DNA of 64,000 bases from Amphiscolops sp. MND2022 (lineage: Eukaryota). Shown piece by piece: positions 58,373 to 64,000 of the stretch (the stretch's first letter is position 1; each line of letters begins with the position of its first letter). The DNA lies in NCBI GenBank assembly GCA_964187785.1, contig OZ076409.1:31002001-31066000 (forward strand), given 5' to 3'. The notes beneath the pieces were generated by a model that searched no databases, was not told the origin of the DNA, and saw nothing but the letters and a program-made list of their open reading frames with translations. The translations under genes and the position numbers were made by a program.

Positions 58373-61300
58373 TCACAAGCGCTGCAGAACATTAAAAAAA
58401 ATTGAGTCATGGTCTGAATAATATACAGGGTGCAAGTATGCTTCGGTTTTGAAATGTCGAGTGAAACAGAGATCGAGTCTGTTTCTTCCCCGGTGGGTAT
58501 CGGAAGTTATAACTTGGTGGAAATGGTATTGCGACATCAAGGGAAGAATGTTTCCAGCATTTGGCAAATTGAAATCGCCCAGAACAATTGCGACGTCGTC
58601 AGTTAGTGCTCCTTCTAGTTGTGCAAAGAATTGCCAATGATGTCTTCGCGAACTTCGATAAACATGTATCAGTGCACAATTGTGGTTCACAATTTCTATC
58701 CTTTGAAATTCCTGAAAATTAATTACGTTCGCCACAATGGTGGAGTCAGCGTAAGAACTCATGCTAGGTCCCTTACCCTTTTTGATATGAGACAGCCCAA
58801 CCAACTTTGGCAGAAGAGAAGGAATATTGGAATTTTCCTCGAGCCATGTTTCACAAAGATGAAGCAAATTGGCTTTCTGCAAAACTTTGTCAGCAAGTAA
58901 ATCCACAATTTTATTCTGCATACACTGAATGTTCACAAAAGATACAATGAACAAAGAAGGATCTTTGACAGGGGAACGTTTCAGCAAAAAGGCATGATAT
59001 CTATTTTCTAACTGTTCAACCATTAGTTTAGCTGAAAAATCGCATCGAATCTGTCGCTGATCGAAAGCTCGCTGAATACTTATATCGTCTATTGTCTTCG
59101 AACGGCTAAGCATGACATACACCATCCCAGAAGGTAGGCCTTTGCTCCAATGAGTTACGATTTTAGAAGACGATGTGAACGTTTGGCCTTGAACTTTATG
59201 GCAAGTTACTCCCCATGCCAATCGTAGGGGTAACTGGACCAGAGTTGCCCGCGCAAGGTGCTTTGTTGATGTACCAAGGTTGTAGCTGAACGATTCGCGG
59301 AAATACGGCACGGATCCTGGAAAGAGTGATGACAAATACAAATGTTTCAGACATTGGTTTTTCCCAACATTTTCGTCGTCAAAGTGTATCAAAGCACAAT
59401 GGACTTGCCCTTTGCTAGTGAAACTAAAACCTGATACAGTTCCCAGTTGGCCGTTTGTAAGGGAGTCGGTAACATCGACATTGTGTATCAGCATAACTCT
59501 CGCGTTAACTTTCAAATGCAGAATATCTTGAAAGGCCGTGTCATCTATCCTACCAGACTGATTTACTTTTGATGAGCATCCTGAACAAAAAATTTGAAAA
59601 CAAGACCACAGATGTAATAACGCAAAACAAACAATATGTACATTACCTGGAGTTGAAGATTTCATGGCCTTGACTGAGGTTGTTTGACCTTGTGTTTTCA
59701 TGAGCATTTTCGAATTGTGGGTGCTGACATCTTTATTTGTGTAGTAAATATGTGTTTCTTCAACTGTCGCAGGACGATTCGTGATTCGTGTCATTAAGAG
59801 AGCAGCATCTGAACTAGTAACATTGCTGATGCGAATACGTCGAAGGACAGCGGGCCAAGCATCATCATTGTTCTGCCTAAAATGGTCATCTAAGATATGG
59901 ATTTTGTTAACGTTGGAGCTTAAACCAATAGAATACCATCTAACAGTTTTACAAAAAAATATTATCCAAATTTTTCATAGTATCAACGCCGAGCAATGTT
60001 AGTAAACTGACCTGTTGAGTTAATTGAGAACAACAACGTCGAACTGCTGCCAACGGTTGTTGATTTCGAAGAAACCGGCATATTTTTCAATACTGGGTTT
60101 CTCGAATATGAATTTGACCTGAACAGGCTTCAGCTGTAAAAGATCACCAAACAGCAGAATAGCAACGTTACCAAATAATTCATCGTTTCGTTTGATCTGC
60201 TGGAGTCTCTCATGGACTTGATAAAGAAGGTCAGATCTCACCATGCTCATTTCATCGACAACCAGAAGGCGTAAATCTTCAAGTAAACTTCGCTGTTGAT
60301 CCAAAGCAGCATCACTGAGTCCAGCCAGTTGATTGCCAAAACTGAGGTTAAATGCAGAGTGAATTGTAGTGCCATTGGTCAACGATGCAGCCATTCCAGT
60401 TGGTGCAACTGCCAAAGCGCATGGCTTGTTCAGACAACTCCCGGCCTGAGTGAATTCACACAAAGCGTTATTCATGATGCATTTTATCAAGCGCGACCTT
60501 CCAGTGCCGGCTTCACCTTGGACAATGAGGCGTGGGGTTTGGAAGTTGTTTCCTCGAGTGCAATCGTGGACAAATCGAGCGTTGTAGTCAAAAACCATCC
60601 GCTGTCGATGATCTAAACTTCTGATTGCACAATGAATTTCTTCTCTTGATTTCAATTTCAACTTCGGAAATGTGAGTTTCGGTGAACATTCATTTGACTT
60701 ATCGAAAGTACCTGGATGCCGCTCAGTGAAAGTAATTTCAGTTGGAGAAATTTCGTCGTCTAAATTTTCTTGAGCTCCTTGAGGATCCAAAACATCTGCC
60801 ATATGTTGTGCTCGTATGTTTGCTGTGTCTAGGTCGAGGCTCTGTTTTAGGAGTTGATCATCTACAAGGTTGGAGAATACATTACGTTTGTTCTCGAGTA
60901 TAATCTCGGTGTAGCTCGATTGTTTCATCTCGCCAAGGATAGTACAAAAGACATTCACTATAATAGAACTCGTGTTCTTCTGTTTTTCTATATGAATCGT
61001 GGATTCTGATCACACATCGAACTTTTCGACGTTTCATCTGTCCAAAGTTGTCTTTCAAATATATCACTTTTTCTTTGTGACGGGTGGTGTCTTTCCAGAT
61101 GGGTTGGTAACAAATGGCAAACTCCGCTAAGCAAAAGTCGTTGAGATAGTCAGGACGCTTACTGTATCGTTCATGAATCGATTTGGTGAAGATGTAACGT
61201 CCTTGATGACCCGAAACAGCCACGATGTTTTCATTTTCCACGTTGACATTTACGTTTTCGATATACTTTAAAAGCTTGCATCGGTTCTCAGGAAAGCCGG

Positions 61301-63940
61301 TGGCAACGAAAATTGATGTTATTTTAGAGTCTTTCATATGAAGTTGAGGAAGTAGTCGGTACGTTGCTTCGCATGAACTTACTTGACGATGACTCAAATA
61401 AACAGCTTTCATTTGCTTCAAAAGATCTTCTCGCCCGCGAGATTCATCGCGAGCTTTGATAGTCGCTTTCAGAAGGTCTGTCATGCCGGTTTCGCCTTTT
61501 GAATAATAATCACAAATGTATGTTACCACAGCGTATGTATCGCAACAGAACTGGAGATCGAGGTTAGCGTCCCAAGCTTCTAGCCAATCGGGATTATAGT
61601 TATTGACGAACAGTTCATTAAAATTTCGTTTTAGATTGATTGTTCGTCCATGCTTTGAAAACGAAAGCGCGCGGTGGTAATCGTCAGAAGTAACGTTGAG
61701 CTTTTCGAAAAAACTATGAAAATCTTTCGGAATGTCGTCACCCAACAATATTTGCTTCGCCTTATTGAGGATTTCAGAGGATCTTCGGAGTTCTTCATCG
61801 GACACGTTAACAGAAGGTTTAGCAATAAGTGTTTTCTGAGAAGGAAAACGTGGGAAACGAAATCGACAGAAGCCTTTTTTATTCAGGCAAGATTTTGTGT
61901 GGTGATGAACTGGAAGCTCCAGAACTTATCGTCTGAGGGTAAGATCGTCCAATGGTAGCGCACCCGTGATAAAAGGGTAGTTTGCAATCATCGAGAGTTT
62001 CGTTTTCCATGAAAGTACGAATGAAACTTTCCTCAAGCCAAATGCAGCCATGTATGTGGGCCATACCACGAAGTTGCCATTTCCACGCGATAAGTGAAGT
62101 ACATCACAGGAATAGCTCCGTCATATTCTGCTAGCACGATTGTCCTAATGAAACACTGAACTCTTTTGTTGAAGACGCGAGTAACTTGGACCACATGTTT
62201 GCGAAGAATCTCTGATCTTGAAATATGCTTCCGAGCAATAAATTCTTCGAATGGAATTCCATCAATAAAAACGCTATTCACAACTCCATCATCACAGAAT
62301 TGCCGCTGGAAAGAAATCTGATGACCCAACGACTTTAGAATGCTAATGGACACTTCCGGCCAACGGGATTCAGCGCAAGAAAGAGTGAAAAACATGAAAA
62401 GGACCCAACTGTTTAATTTTTGCCAACATTTCCGATCGCGCAACTCTCCAGTATTGACTGGTACCTCGAAGACGTTGAAACACTGACTGAACGTCAGTTT
62501 GATTTACGCCATATAACCCATCACCTTGCACTCCAACTATCCCTTTCCTCAAAAAAAGGTCGCAACTTTTCTCTAGTTGTTCTCTCTCAACTCTTTGCTG
62601 TGCTGCAAACAAATACGTTCCAATTTATTTCGGACAGACATTGCAGGCATTTTACCATTCTTTAACGACTTCGAGCATGCCCAGCACACGTGAAGAGTCT
62701 TCTCTGGATTGCTGCTATACAATTTCTGTTCAGGCAACAAAATATCATCATCGTAATTCTTCCATTCCCGCACACATTCCTCGAAAAGCACCCTTTCATA
62801 ACTAGAACAAACGAAAATCAATCCTGGAATCATTTGACTTCGAAAACAAAGTTGAGAGGCAAATGTTGGCATCAATTGCTCGAATTCACGAAGTATTGAT
62901 TGCTCCTTTTCAAAAGTGTTTCCATTCTGGAGGACATGGGATTTTATAGCTTTTAATTGTTTGACCTGAATGCCACGTTTCGGCATATTACGGTACTTTT
63001 CAGCGAGCTGACTTCTCAAAGTTGTTTTGTACTTTTCTTTCAATTGCACTCTCAGATAAGCTCGATAATTCTCCTTCAGCTGTGATTCCAATACTTCAGT
63101 GTGTTTCTGTTTCAATCGCATTCGAAGATGATCTTTGTAACGACGTCTCAGCTTGAAGGCCAACTGTGACTTGTATTTCATCTGTAGAACTTCTTTCAGC
63201 TGCAGTTTGTATTTCATTTGCATCTGCTCTTTCAACTGGAATTTGTATTTCTTTTGCATCCATTCTCTCAATTCCAGCTGGTATTTCAACTTCATACGTT
63301 CTTTCAGTTGCATTTTGTATTTCAACTTCATACGTTCTTTCAGGTGCATTTTGTACTTCAACTTCAAACGGTCTTGCATCTGCATTCTGTATTTCAATTG
63401 TAAAGGTTCTTTAATCGAAGTTTGATATAATTGTTTTCTTTTTTCTCTCGTTTTTCTGTAGTAGGTCTGATTTTTTTTCAAAACTGGTTCCTTTCCATTA
63501 ATTTTCCTTTCCACTTGAGATTGACTTCGTATCCAGTTATTAAACGCGCTGTAGTATACTTTACAGGTGCTTCGAGAAAAATGTGCTTTCGCGTTTTTCT
63601 GATCCGTGAAAATTGAACCGCAGGAAACACACGGTTTGCTGAGGGATTCTTCGAAACTTTCGGCAAAATTGAGGGACTCACTATTAGGCGTTGTGATGCA
63701 GCGAGTGGCATCTACCTTTCCACATTTCGTTCGTTTCCTGTGTCTAGCGAGATGTGACTCAATGAAAAAAACTTTGCGACAAGACGGGCAAATCCATGAA
63801 GATTGAGTGCTGTGAGGATTGAGAGAACTCGCAGAACATGACCAATTTTGATCGTCCGAGTGAGCTTGCGAGAGACCAAATGATTCAGGACCGTTTATCA
63901 AGTACATTGAAGGGGAGGCCATGGGGGAGACAAGCATCAT
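58373..63940 (-). pseudogene. Helitron RepHel-EN transposase (Zn fingers, HUH Rep, PIF1 helicase, AP endonuclease), frameshifted
   Basis: Two C2H2-like fingers; FFTLSCAE.RWPE; AHIHGCIW (HUH); YICDYYSK; GEAGTGRS, APTGMAA, VVDEMSMV, FGDLLQLKPV, AWGVTCHKVQGQT, YVMLSR; EEP motifs LCETWL, LGDFN, RLDLCF, YSDH. Confidence 0.93.
63130..63420 (-). repeat. 36-bp coding tandem repeat (12-aa unit LKERMKLKYKMQ) in the Helitron N-terminus
   Basis: About eight degenerate 12-aa repeats in the 455-aa ORF. Confidence 0.85.
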
Positions 63941-64000
63941 GCATGATAGATCGATAGAAGTTACTCGATGAGCAGTCGTTGTGGAACTGTTGACTTTCGT

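Larger units (their letters stand above)
57542..64000 (-). mobile_element. Helitron (endonuclease-bearing Helentron type); 3' end at 57542, 5' end beyond the window
   Basis: Minus-strand end ...GCCGACTTGCGCAGTTCTCGGCTTG|T with a GCCGA/TCGGC hairpin; Rep-helicase-endonuclease coding region. Confidence 0.88.

Noticed and set aside
63153..63425. Plus-strand Cys/Phe-rich repeat ORFs
   Set aside because: Antisense shadows of the 36-bp coding repeat of the minus-strand Helitron ORF.

Overview
AT-rich eukaryotic (probably invertebrate animal) DNA made almost entirely of repeats and mobile elements around one recognisable host exon (AK9-like, 35029-35246, +). From left to right: (1) a 1.17-1.32 kb higher-order satellite, interrupted by an intact, very young 18.3-kb Ty3/Gypsy LTR element (4874-23189). 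This element has 237-bp LTRs differing at one base, a CAAC target duplication, a 2653-aa Gag-Pol, a hidden 490-codon AUG-free ORF with late-domain motifs, an 856-aa gB/chuvirus-like envelope protein and two further accessory ORFs. (2) A second satellite with a 1642-bp higher-order unit and a 29-bp minisatellite with 180-bp periodicity. (3) A dead Tc1 (DD34E) element and a hAT remnant. (4) A degenerate 12.8-kb Polinton/Maverick (adintovirus-like) element (38237-51065, AGTAGT termini, GTTCTC duplication) whose protein-primed PolB carries a LAGLIDADG intein inside the YxD/TDS catalytic motif. (5) A 935-bp tandem duplication and a decayed Gypsy pol. (6) An intron-containing, endonuclease-encoding Helitron (Helentron type) on the minus strand running off the right edge. 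The two most notable items are the intein in the Polinton polymerase and the complex-retrovirus-like giant LTR element. All family calls come from reading motifs by eye; no database search was run.
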